This document shows positions 27,101 to 37,000 of a DNA stretch of 64,000 bases, one piece after another (within the stretch, counting starts at the first letter, position 1; every line of letters begins with the position of its first letter). This stretch comes from Raja brachyura. Lineage: Eukaryota. The stretch spans positions 15,438,001 to 15,502,000 of the forward strand of contig OY740821.1 of assembly GCA_963514005.1 (NCBI GenBank), read 5' to 3'. The notes beneath the pieces are model-generated. The model saw only the letters and a program-made list of their open reading frames with translations, was not told the origin of the DNA and did not search any database. The position numbers and the translations under genes were made by a program.

Positions 27101-30100
27101 TATCCTGGTGTCAACGTTTGCCCTGGCTTACACTGCTGTGGTGTGAAGCACCTTGGGCCACTCTACTGTGTTACTGCTGTGATATTTAAAAAAAATGTTC
27201 CTGATCTTGAAATGGGAAAATTGATTCTTTATTTCCAGGTTCGCAAACTCCAGAGAGAATTGAAGAAGCAGAAACATTATGCTGCATCAGTCACCATCAT
27301 TGCAGCCGCCTGGCGAGGTTACCAGGTAACAAAGCAAAGAGCGAGTCTGCATTACAATCATTATGCTTTCACAGTGCAAACCTAATTACAACTGTATTCT
27401 CCGATGTTACCTATTGCACTTTCCGCAGCATCCTGAACTGTTAGTACAGATTCACAGGTATTCACTTTCAGCTGCAACATTAAACCAAGGCCTGCATCTG
27501 TTCTCTCCATTAATGCTTCAGGCCACAGACCCCTCAACTTGAAACACGAACTCTGTTCTTCTCAGATGCTGTCTGACCTGTTGAGTGTTTCCAACATTTC
27601 TGTTTTTGTCTCAGAATTCCAGCATCTGCAGTTTTGTTTGGATTTTCACTCATTCGCACCGCCTCTTTGCAATCTCTTGGTTTCCCCCACATTACCAATT
27701 CTTAGTTCAATTTAATGTCATCTGCAAAATTGCCTACATAGGATAGTTGAGAAGGATCACTTATCACAGACATCTTCTCAGGAGTATGAAAGAGCAGTTA
27801 TGTGTGATCACTTGTGATTGTCAGTAGCATTGATGACACTAACTATTGCTAACTAAAATGGACTAATGCAAACTCTTTTTTCTAACTTTGAATTGACGTC
27901 AACATTGACCATACACTGCATCCCAACACAAATAACCTTTGCTTGTGACCTCAGGTGCGGAAAAGGCACAGGAGATACTTCAAATCTAATGCTTCGAGGA
28001 CTGTCCGGAAATTCATGATCTCTTCAATTGTAAGTTCAGTCTGTGAGCTGCCTGCATTATATTTAACGGTCGGTGACTTTGGGTATTTGTCAATGCCAGG
28101 AAACAAAACATTTATGTTTTTGTATTGCACCTCATGCTGCATTGAACATTCCCAGCGATATAAAACTGCATTTCAGATGTTATTCTGTCCAAAAAATAAC
28201 CTTGGAGACTGTTGATCTGCTGGATCACTGAATACAAAGCTATGTGATAACTTTTTTTTTCATTCACAAAGGTACAAATATACTTCCGTGATCTGAAAAT
28301 CAACCTACCATCAATGTCTCCGCTGGATAAGAACTGGCCAGTGTTGCGTTTTCACTCCTTGAGTAAAACGGACGAGGAATTGAAGAGGATCTTTTACCTT
28401 TGGAAGGTCGGAAAGCAAGTTACTCTTGGTGTGTCAGTGTGCTTGTATGTACCTGGATTAATTTTCTACACCCATTTTACAGCATTAGCTGCACCTGACT
28501 TTCCACTATGACACTGGCTTCCAACCTTTAATTGTATCTCTGCAACCCCCAATGGCCCCTCCATCCATGCTTATCACTGCAACTACCAGTGTCCCTTACA
28601 TTCCTCTCCTACCTATCTCCAATACTTCCTCTCACCTCTGTTCCCACCCGGGTTGAATCCTCAGCCCAGCAATGGGAGTGGTGCTACTTTTGACTCTCCC
28701 TTCTCTGAAGTGGAAGAGGGGATTTTGCCAGAGTTCCTGCTCCAAACTGTATCCATTGCTTGTGTGTATCTTGGTCATTTATTCCCCATCTATGACTGCT
28801 CTTCAGAAGGCTATTTAAACAATCTTGTTTGAACTCTTTTGAATTGATTTAATGCACATAATTTATTTTATACGAACTCCATTTACTGCTTTTTTGTGAA
28901 GAAATAATTCAGTTCTATTCAGAAGACTTTCACAGCAAAGATCATCTGCGTTTGAGTCAGGATTTATGCTTAACCCACAAGGACCCAGAAGAGATAAACT
29001 GTTTGCCACTTCACATTGCAGTGCAAGAAATACAGAGAAGGAATCTCAAGCCAGAGGAAAGCAGAATTGGAAGAGAAGCAATATGCCAGTGACCTCTTCA
29101 AGGATAAGAAAGCCTCCTATGCCTCCAGGTAACGCAACTTTTCCAGCCCCTCAGGTCTCCATTGTTACTAATGAGTATCACTCAACTCTTGAATTGCTTT
29201 AATACTGCTCCTTCCAAGGCTGAGACTTATCTGATATTTGCCAATGCTTCAGAAGATGCTCGTGATGTAATGGCAACTGAGACAGACTGGCAAATTTAAC
29301 TCGTCTAGGCTGCTGTGTATAATTTGCTCACATAGGCCTGATAGGCAAGGCAGATGAACTCAGGGAATGGATAGGTAAATGGGATTGGGACAGTATAGCC
29401 ATTACAGAAACAAGGCTAAGGGAGGGACAGGACTTGCAGGTTAATGTTCCAGATGACAGGTATCATCAAAGTGGAGGAAAGAGAGGATTGCAGAGCATCA
29501 GAACAGGATGAAATTAGTGAGCGATCATCCAGTGAGACTTTATGGGTGGAGCTGGGAAATAAAAAGGGGACGTTCACCTTGTTGCGATTGTACTATAGGG
29601 TCCCAATAATAATAGGATTGCCATAGTGAGAGATTTTAATCTAGCCCGGGACTGCCATATTGTTAACGGCTTACCTAGATGGGGTGGAATATTGTTGAGC
29701 GTGTTCAGAAAGGTTTCCTCAGGCAATGTATAGAGGACCAACTAGGGAAAGGGGAAAGCATGATCGACACTTGAGTAATGGGGCAGGGCAAGTGACTGAG
29801 GTGTCAGTGCGAAGCATTTTGGGCCGAAGAGCCTGTTTCTGTGCTGTATGACATTTACCCTATTGCTGTGACCCTTTCAGTGTGCCTCAGCCTTTCAAAG
29901 GCCAATATTTGGACAATCAGAAAAAGACCAAGTATCAGAAACTCATCAAAGGCATGGAGGGCAAGTTACTAATGATGGACACAGTCATGAAAATTAACAG
30001 GACAGATGGAAAGGTAAGGACATCTGATGTCTGTGTGTTATTTATTGGTGAGCTACACCAACATTCCAAACTGATTCCATGGCGCCGATCGATCACTTTT

Positions 30101-32982
30101 ATTCACTTTCCTTGTTTCCCAACCCAATGATGTTACCAGGGCTTGATTTTTATTTCTCTCCTGATCACAAATAACTTTTCTGGAAAATGTGCAGGTCCAC
30201 TGCAGGGGAATAGATGTTTGAACTTGTGTGATAGTGTCCCTATTGACACTTGTGTGTGAAGATGGTCATTTGGTGATATATTATGGGGGGGGGGGGGGGG
30301 GGGGAGAGTGTGATTGGAGGGAAAGGGGACAGGGAAATGATTCAGCATCTGCCTTCAACAGAGAAGTGAAAATCCCCCTCCTGGCTCTTTGACCCTTAGG
30401 AATGTGATGCATGTTCTTTGACCTCATTCCAGAATTCCCCGAGGATTTTGCTGCTGACGAACAGCTCCTTTGCCCTGGCAGATGCAAAGTCCCCACAAGT
30501 GAAAACCACAATCAAAGTGAATGAGATCAAAGGCCTCTCTATGAGTGGAAATAGAGATGGACTATTTGTGCTACATCTAGTGGAGGTGAGCAGGGATGTG
30601 ATCTGTACTTATCAGAAGTACTTTTGCATGAAAGATACTGAGATCAGGAACCATTGACATCAGGGACATCATGTGTGCCGTGGTAACACACTGCAGTTTG
30701 CAAGTACAGCTGTACTGGGATTTGCCGCAGTGTTTGGTCACTTCTCCACTGCATGGAGTGGAGGTGGGAAATTTAAATAAATTCAGACAATCCCCATTTC
30801 ACCTACTTGTTAAATTAAAAAGAGAAAATGATTTGCAGCATTTTGTGTTGTTTTACATTGGCAGTATCTGCGTTTTTTAAAATGTTCATCACCTTATTAA
30901 CTAAGCAGCCGAGAACCACAATAACCATTCAACCACTTGGTACCCAATGCGTTTAGATAAAGCAGATAGAAGGATGCTGGGAATTTATGACAAAAAGATG
31001 TTTGAAGACACAAACTAACTTATTCTAGATCAACATTAAGTCGACTGGTCTGGTCTGATAGAAACCACATGCTGATTTGTTACAGTGGGTATCAATGCTG
31101 AGCATGGGCTGTGGCTGGAAGCACTGAGATGTTTGTGCCCTTTTGAATGCAGTAACTGTGTGATCTTTACTATGCCATGAAGGCAGGTTTTTGGAATAAG
31201 ATCCAAGACTACTGAGGGACTTTACCGTGTTGAACTGACTAAAAAGGCAAATTAATTTTACAGAACTCTCATGTCGGAGCGAAGGGAGACCTCCTGTTAA
31301 GCAGTAATCATCTTGTGGAGCTCACCACTAAATTGCATCGTGCCGCACATGAGGACAACCAGAGGGAGATAAATGTGAAGATACAGGATGAGTAAGTCGT
31401 TGCACACTATTTAATTTCTGCTGTTAGCATTTTTTTTCCTGAGCTTTTAGTATTGAGGAATGAAACAACTTGTGGTATTGGGTAAGTTACAAGGTAAAGC
31501 TTCCTCCATGCTGTGTTTAAGAAGGAACTGCAGATGCTGGAAAATCCATGCTGGAAGATGGGGGAAGACAAAAGTGCTGGAGAAACTCAGCGGGTGCAGC
31601 AGCATCTATGGAGTGAGAGAAATAGGCAACGTTTCGGCCCAAAACGTTGCCTATTTCCTTCGCTCCATAGATGCTGCTGCACCCGCTGAGTTTCTCCAGC
31701 ACTTTTGTCTTCCTCCATGCTGTGCTGTCACAGACATCCAGGGTAGGCCAGCAGGGGTTAATTAGCAACCTGCTTTGCTGCTTCTGCACTGTCTCATACA
31801 AGACAGGTCAAACAGAGTGATGCTCTGTCCACATAAGCCAGGGTCAGACAGAGAGTGATGCTCCCTCTGCACAGTCATATCACACAGTGAAGCTCACTCC
31901 ACGTTGCCGGGAGAACCCCTTGGATGCAGAAAAAAGCTTCTCCTACATGCCCAAGGCAGGGACTGGGAATTGATGGACGTACAGATGCTATGAAATACAA
32001 ATATAGAAACATGATTAAAGACTAGCTCAACCTTTCTGGTGTGACAGTATAACGTGCAATACAGTAAACTCTTGCTTTAATGGATCCCTTTATAACGGAT
32101 GTCAGTTATAGTAGACAGACCCCCGACTCACACCACCTCCCCGACCACAGGGCCCCGGCCCGACTCACAAGTTGCAGCAGGAGGCCCTTCTTCACCCCCG
32201 CGTGGTCCAGTTGAAGCAGCCATTGTTGCGGCTCACGTAGCTCCGGGGGACAGTGCTTCCTTCAGGCGACTGCCACCACCGACAAAGTGTCACCGTGATG
32301 CTCCCTCACCACTCACCTGCTGTTGCTTCTTCCTTCGCTTCGTCCACTCGGCCTCTCCCCTCTCCTCCTGCTCGTCTCTCCCAGACTCGCCAACATACTC
32401 CACCTTGGAAGCGGCAGCAGGTGAGAGGGGAGGGAGCCCCACGGCAACCAAGCACACACATCCTGTCATTGAGGGCGGGCTGAAGAGAGGGCTTTCGGCA
32501 GGGTTACCAGGCGTGCCACAGCAACAGCCATGTTGACCGGTGTAGAAGGGCTTGCTGGTGCTGACCAGCAGCATCGGCGCCTAGTTTTTAGGTGAAATGA
32601 CACAAAGTGCTGGAGTAACTCAGTCGACTGAATCAGTCTGACGAAGGATTCCAATGTTATCTATCCATGTTCTCCAGTGATTCTGCCTGACCTGCTGAGT
32701 TACTCCAGCACTTTGTGTCCTTTTTATGTATTAACCACCATCTGCAGTTCTTCGTGTCAACCACAAACAATGATAATACCTGAATCGGCTATAATGGACA
32801 ATCGGCAATATATGGTCCGTTATAAAAAGGGTTTACTGTGCTATTTTCTTCCCTGCAGACTTTCTGTTAGGTTCAGTAAAGACACAGTCTCTGTGAAGTT
32901 TGTGAAGGTAACTAACGGGAACGGAAATGGTCCAGTGTGCAAGAAGATAAACAGCCGCCTATTGGAGGTCCATGTTCCTTAA
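3018..32982 (+). CDS. myo1a: Unconventional class I myosin (MYO1A/MYO1B clade; brush-border myosin I-like), 28 coding exons, 3225 nt, about 1074 aa
   Basis: GT-AG exons join in frame. P-loop [55 protein letters not shown], four IQ motifs and a TH1 tail with KINR. Myosin I identity is near certain; myo1a versus myo1b is inferred from linkage to TIMELESS. Confidence 0.9.
3744..3859 (+). CDS. myo1a: myosin I coding exon 2
   Basis: [19 protein letters not shown]; ag/gt. Confidence 0.95.
4567..5198 (-). mobile_element. CR1/HER1-like LINE 3' fragment
   Basis: [44 protein letters not shown]; (catagaaa)3 tail. Confidence 0.9.
5196..5626 (+). mobile_element. CR1/HER1-like LINE 3' fragment, inverted partner of the previous copy
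   Basis: [21 protein letters not shown]..; tttctatg tail. Confidence 0.9.
5646..5816 (-). mobile_element. Partial HE1/V-SINE-like element
   Basis: tttagtttag..ggaaacaggcccttc..tttggaatgtg. Confidence 0.65.
5938..6032 (+). CDS. myo1a: myosin I coding exon 3 (P-loop)
   Basis: [19 protein letters not shown]. Confidence 0.95.
7200..7456 (+). repeat. Direct duplication, copy 1
   Basis: Aligns by eye to 8403-8660 (aaatcttcccagtcaaagctggataaaccttgcctt identical). Confidence 0.85.
7531..7635 (+). CDS. myo1a: myosin I coding exon 4
   Basis: [22 protein letters not shown]. Confidence 0.95.
8403..8660 (+). repeat. Direct duplication, copy 2
   Basis: Aligns to 7200-7456. Confidence 0.85.
9081..9127 (+). 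CDS. myo1a: myosin I coding exon 5 (switch I)
   Basis: [16 protein letters not shown]. Confidence 0.95.
9621..9684 (+). CDS. myo1a: myosin I coding exon 6
   Basis: [21 protein letters not shown]. Confidence 0.95.
9744..10187 (+). mobile_element. Penelope-like element 3' remnant: GIY-YIG endonuclease C-terminus plus terminal repeat with hammerhead motif
   Basis: [63 protein letters not shown] (then frameshift), followed by CTGAAGAAGGGTCTCGACCCGAAACATC at 10058. Confidence 0.8.
10240..11050 (+). repeat. Degenerate CAG/AAC-rich repeat (aaacagctggcagc-like units)
   Basis: Recurrent aaacatctggca / aaacagctggca / aaacagttggc. Confidence 0.7.
12025..12395 (+). mobile_element. Rex1/Babar-like LINE 3' end (related pieces at about 36575-36835 and 37650-37740)
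   Basis: [39 protein letters not shown]-type C-terminus; cttttcactgtacctc tail. Confidence 0.65.
14058..14156 (+). CDS. myo1a: myosin I coding exon 7
   Basis: [26 protein letters not shown]. Confidence 0.95.
14667..14770 (+). CDS. myo1a: myosin I coding exon 8
   Basis: [26 protein letters not shown]. Confidence 0.93.
16636..16783 (+). CDS. myo1a: myosin I coding exon 9
   Basis: [18 protein letters not shown]. Confidence 0.93.
17110..17228 (+). CDS. myo1a: myosin I coding exon 10
   Basis: [29 protein letters not shown] (TEDS-site Glu). Confidence 0.93.
17999..18085 (+). CDS. myo1a: myosin I coding exon 11
   Basis: [29 protein letters not shown]. Confidence 0.95.
18509..18682. mobile_element. 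Penelope-terminus fold-back element with mutated hammerhead (18638)
   Basis: ggaactgcagatgctgg..CTGAAGAAGGGTCCTGACCCAAAACGTC. Confidence 0.6.
18933..18998 (+). CDS. myo1a: myosin I coding exon 12 (switch II)
   Basis: [16 protein letters not shown]. Confidence 0.95.
19156..19650 (-). mobile_element. CR1/HER1-like LINE 3' fragment inserted into a hammerhead element
   Basis: ORF 19256-19627; catagaaa tail; AAAAC target duplication. Confidence 0.9.
20550..20654 (+). CDS. myo1a: myosin I coding exon 13
   Basis: [35 protein letters not shown]. Confidence 0.95.
20903..20965 (+). CDS. myo1a: myosin I coding exon 14
   Basis: [21 protein letters not shown]. Confidence 0.93.
21095..21135 (+). repeat. 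(TG)n microsatellite
   Basis: gtgtgtgtgtgtgtgtgt within a TG-rich region. Confidence 0.7.
21618..21815 (+). CDS. myo1a: myosin I coding exon 15
   Basis: [25 protein letters not shown]. Confidence 0.95.
21924..21958 (-). ncRNA. Minimal hammerhead ribozyme (Penelope-type), intact core
   Basis: Minus strand reads AGT-CTGAAGAAGGGTCTCGACCCGAAACGTC-GCCT. Confidence 0.62.
22642..22868 (+). CDS. myo1a: myosin I coding exon 16
   Basis: [34 protein letters not shown]. Confidence 0.95.
23347..23631. mobile_element. Penelope-terminus fold-back element with internal 34-nt tandem array
   Basis: Inverted arms; gtttcggcccgaaacgttgcctatttccttcagg about 4 times. Confidence 0.75.
23707..23907 (+). CDS. myo1a: myosin I coding exon 17
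   Basis: [31 protein letters not shown]. Confidence 0.95.
23960..24223 (-). mobile_element. HE1/V-SINE-like element
   Basis: Reverse complement of the same consensus. Confidence 0.78.
24471..24564 (+). CDS. myo1a: myosin I coding exon 18 (converter)
   Basis: [17 protein letters not shown]. Confidence 0.95.
24948..25097 (+). CDS. myo1a: myosin I coding exon 19 (IQ1-IQ2)
   Basis: [27 protein letters not shown]. Confidence 0.95.
25704..25901. mobile_element. Penelope-terminus fold-back element
   Basis: Inverted arms aaattgctggagaatgtcagcgggtgaggcagcatctatggag. Confidence 0.7.
26354..26422 (+). CDS. myo1a: myosin I coding exon 20 (IQ3)
   Basis: [23 protein letters not shown]. Confidence 0.93.
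27239..27325 (+). CDS. myo1a: myosin I coding exon 21 (87 nt, IQ4; possibly alternative)
   Basis: [29 protein letters not shown]; phase 0/0. Confidence 0.9.
27955..28029 (+). CDS. myo1a: myosin I coding exon 22
   Basis: [25 protein letters not shown]. Confidence 0.9.
28272..28406 (+). CDS. myo1a: myosin I coding exon 23
   Basis: [29 protein letters not shown]. Confidence 0.92.
29022..29128 (+). CDS. myo1a: myosin I coding exon 24 (TH1)
   Basis: [17 protein letters not shown]. Confidence 0.92.
29320..29850 (+). mobile_element. Degenerate CR1-like LINE (endonuclease region)
   Basis: aaggcagatgaactcagg..gccattacagaaaca..tgggtggagctg..gtactatagg. Confidence 0.6.
29881..30013 (+). CDS. myo1a: myosin I coding exon 25 (TH1/PH)
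   Basis: [20 protein letters not shown]. Confidence 0.93.
30433..30585 (+). CDS. myo1a: myosin I coding exon 26
   Basis: [19 protein letters not shown]. Confidence 0.93.
31264..31391 (+). CDS. myo1a: myosin I coding exon 27
   Basis: [20 protein letters not shown]. Confidence 0.93.
31513..31712. mobile_element. Penelope-terminus fold-back element
   Basis: About 70-bp near-perfect inverted arms centred on gtttcggcccaaaac. Confidence 0.75.
32859..32982 (+). CDS. myo1a: myosin I terminal coding exon 28
   Basis: [31 protein letters not shown]. Confidence 0.92.
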
Positions 32983-33552
32983 CTATCAAAGCCCAACCAG
33001 TCTAGTGCCTTGATAACCTACCTCCAGCCAGGGTTGTGGAAACTTTAACGCATGAGGTCTTGAAGTGACAGCAATTTTAAAACAAGTTTGAAATAATAGT
33101 TGTGATCACTGATCACAAACATGTGCATTGATTCATAAGGAAACTCAAAAGAAAAAAAATCCACGGAACACAGTTCTCCAATATATAATTCTCTTGTGAC
33201 CAGGGACTGGGGGTTGCAATACTCCTACCCTGACAGCTTCTTGCTGTAAGTTCTGATTAGCCATTTCAAACCCAGGTTAGGCAAGGACTGGTACCTTTAG
33301 CATGAAAGAGCTGCACTTTCTGGGCCCTTACTCCAGTTCATACTGCCTCGCAGAATCAGACTCAACCCAGTTTAGTTTGATGTTGGGATGTGTAAACCAA
33401 ATCAAACAAAAATGTTTCTCCCTCAAACAACGGGCTAGGAAAGAAGACAAATGAAATAATTTTTTTGACAAACATCTGGGAGGGCAGAACTGAAAATACT
33501 CTTAATTTTCCTGAACTATTTACAACATGTAAACTCCTTTGCTGAATTACAG

Positions 33553-33715
33553 ATTAAAGATTTGAACTAGCTTGGTGTTTTATTTCAGACTAATGTACGC
33601 ATCCAGCACATGACAAGTTATAATGTTTAAAACTACAGTACTCTTTATCAGGTTCACAGGACACCAGAACAACCAGTTGTGAAAAACTTTGCATGTTTCT
33701 TTTATTTTCATTAAA
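33553..33715. terminator. Interleaved candidate poly(A) signals of the convergent genes
   Basis: + strand ATTAAA at 33553 and 33710; - strand AATAAA at 33579-33584 and 33701-33706. Confidence 0.5.
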
Positions 33716-33892
33716 CAACATAATAGTGACTGCAAACAAGAATGGTTTCAGATAAAATGTGTAATTGTAACACTTCATACAAAACTTACATGAAGAACGT
33801 TAGTATCTGCTGATGACAGTGACTCCTTGGTTACAAGTTGCCTTTTGTTTGACCCAGTGTTCAAAATCATTTCAAGAGACTGACGTTCAAAG

Positions 33893-34032
33893 TTAATCAA
33901 TGTCATCATCATCATCGTCATCTTCAATTGCCCGCCGACACCTTTTGATCACCCTGTGGGCAGTTTCCGAGTCAGACGCCTCAGAGTTAGGTTCAGAGCC
34001 TTCTGTTGCCTCCACATTTGGTGCATCTTCAA
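33893..34032 (-). CDS. timeless: timeless terminal coding exon 29
   Basis: ..[20 protein letters not shown], resembling the mammalian acidic C-terminus. Confidence 0.85.
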
Positions 34033-37000
34033 CTGAAAGTTCATATTCAAAATTCATTACAACTGTGGGCTTAATAACAATTCCCCTCCACGTTTTAAAT
34101 GCATCCTCGCCAATACCAAAAGACAAAAATAACATGGATGCCTGAAATCTGAAATACAACAAGAAAACGCTGGAAATACTCAGCAGGCCATTGACCTGTA
34201 GTGTTAACTGTTTCTCCCTCCAGACGCTGCCTGACCTACCGAGTGTTTCCAGCATTTTCAGTTATGGAGGATACTAATATGCAAGCACAGCTTGAGATTA
34301 AGGAGGAGGAAGTGTTGAGGTTTTTGAAAAGCAATAAGGTGGATAAATCATCAAGATGATTGAATTTATCCTAGGTTATTGAGAGACAAGAGAGGAGATC
34401 GGAGGCGCCTTAACGAAGATCTCTCGTCTTCTCTAGCCGCAGGTGAGGTCCCGGAGGGCTGGAGAGCAGCTAACGTTGTCCCTTTATTTAAGGGAAGTAG
34501 GGAGAATCCAGGGAAATATAGCTTGGTGAGCTTCACACCAGTGGTAGGGAAGCTAATGGAGAGGATTCTTCGGGATAGGATTTATTCCCATTTGGAAGAG
34601 AATGGATTTTCTTCCAATTTTCAGCATGGCTTTGTACTTGACAGCACGTTTCACTAACTTGATCGAGTTTTTTGAGGAGGTGACAAAGGATATCGATGAG
34701 GGTGGGGGGGTGGATGTTGTCTACATGGATTTTAGTAAAGCATTTGATAAAGTCCCCCATGGTAGGCTGATCCAGAAGATTAAGATGCATGGGATTACCA
34801 GTTATCAGAACTGGCTTACTGATAGAAGACAGAGGGTTAAGGCGAAAAGGAGTGTGGGGGGTTTGCCAATGTAAGGGCTGGTCAAATGCAAGGGGAACAT
34901 ATACAATTAGTGACATGATCCTTAACAGCACTGATATACAGAGGGACCTGGGGGTCCAAGTCCATAGCTCCCTGACGCTGTCAACACAAGTAGAAAACAA
35001 AATCTTACCTCTGTCATCCACGTCATCATCACTGTCAAACACACGACTTCGCTTGAGCATTTGTTTGTGTTTGGTCTTCTCACTGCTACTGAAATAGAAA
35101 AACAAGACCTGGTTTTAATGCACAGTAGAAGCACAGATCATCAGTTGTCAGGAATGAGGGCCTGAGCTATAGGGAGAGGTTGGGCAGGCTTGGAGCACAG
35201 GAGGATGAGGGGTGGTCTTATAGAGGTGTATAAGCTATCATGAAGGGAACAGATAGGGTTTATGCGCAGCCTTTTACCTGGAGGAGGGGAATCAAGAACC
35301 AGAGGGCATTGGTTTAAGGTGAGAGTGGAAAGTTTTAATAGGAAACTGAGGGGCAACTTTTTTTATACAGTGGCTGGTGGGTGTATGGAACGAGCTGCCA
35401 GAGGAGATAGTTGAGCCAGATACTATCACAGCATTTAAAATAAATGTGGACAGGTACATGGATAGATAGGACAGGTTTAGAGGGTTATGGGCCAAACACG
35501 GGCAGATGGGACATGTTGGTCAGCGTGGGCAAGTTGGACCAAAGAGCCCATTTCTGTGCTGTTTGACTGCAGACGCCGGAATCTGGAACAAAAAACAGAA
35601 CGCTGGGAGAACTTAGTGGGACATTCCCCATGTCAAAATTGTTTTGTGGGCTTGGTGCATTAACAGTTTGTGCTACACTGCAATGCGGCCTGAAACCAAC
35701 TGATTGAAAATGTTCCCCAAAGGCCTTTGAATTCTTGAAGCGAGCAGAATGAAGAAGCTTTTCATCAGCCAGAGATGAAGGAGCTTGGAGCATGATCTAT
35801 TTTCCCCTCTCCATTCATGGTTTGTCATGAGCTAGTTGGTCATTTGCTGCCCGACTTCCCCTTCCCTCAGTAGTGTCCAGCGTGAATTCTTCCCACACCA
35901 CGGTCCACTGCCCATCAGGTTCAGAGCACTGCAGTTTACCGGCTCATCACTTGCCTTTTGGTGTCGTCGTCTGATCCAGAGGGAGATTCTGGGGCCTCTC
36001 TGCCTCTCGCTTCAGGGTTAGCATCACCACCTGCTAAATATATTTAAAAATATCAACATCACTTGGTGTTTGTATCAGTAAATGACTCCCCTCCTTTAGC
36101 TTCAACCTGCACTCTATAATCACAACCTAATGGTGTTGGAAGCAGTTCCCCAGCAGTGTAAGTGGTGAATGCACACCTACAAAACACAGCAAACTGCAGC
36201 ATGATCACAATTAACAAGATACTAAAGAGCTAGCAATGAAAGCACAGGACCACAAGCTTTGACTGCCAAGCTGTTCAGATGGATTTTGACTCGTACCTTT
36301 GGTGGCTGCAGCATGCCTCTCCCTGGCCATGACAAGAGCCCGCAAGGCCTCAGACTTGTGACCTGCACTAACGCTGACGTTGCCGTCCTGGGCCGGCCCT
36401 CCTTCCCCATCAACATCCTGTAGGGCGATAACTGAAGCAATCTTACGCAACTGCACGCCACTCAGGTTGGCAGAAATTCGCCAAAAAGATTCCTGTAAGA
36501 AATGTTCAAAACTGCAATTGTAGAAATGATTGTAGAGGAGCGAGGAACAAAAGGGAAGTCGTAAAGGAAACTAGATTGCCACCAGATCCAGGAACAGCTT
36601 CTTCCTCGGTGTTATCAGAGTACTGAACGTTCTCTCGTCAGCTAGAGGTTGGTCCTCATCTCCCAACCTACCTCATTGCAGACCTTGTACTATATTCTGC
36701 ACTCTGGTGTTCATCTCTGTTGTAACTGTGTATGGTGTGATTGTACTCACATACAGTTTGCTTCATTGATTTGATAGCACACAAACAAAAGCTTTCCACT
36801 GTACCTTGATACATTTGACAAGAATAAACCAATACCACTCTACCCCACTATTATGTTTACCCCAACCAACCTTTACAACATATTCCTTTATTCATTTGAC
36901 ATACATCTGTCCAGTCACATCTTTTTTCAATCCATGCCTTTGAATCCCCAGTCTGAAGCACTAGCCCACATCTTCATCATTCTGGGCCACTGTGTTGCCC

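Noticed and set aside
30285-30304. G homopolymer of about 20 nt
   Set aside because: Simple run, length unreliable, no further structure.
34033-34255. 5' extension of the TIMELESS last-exon ORF
   Set aside because: Intronic and repeat-derived; the phase-compatible acceptor puts the exon start at 34032.
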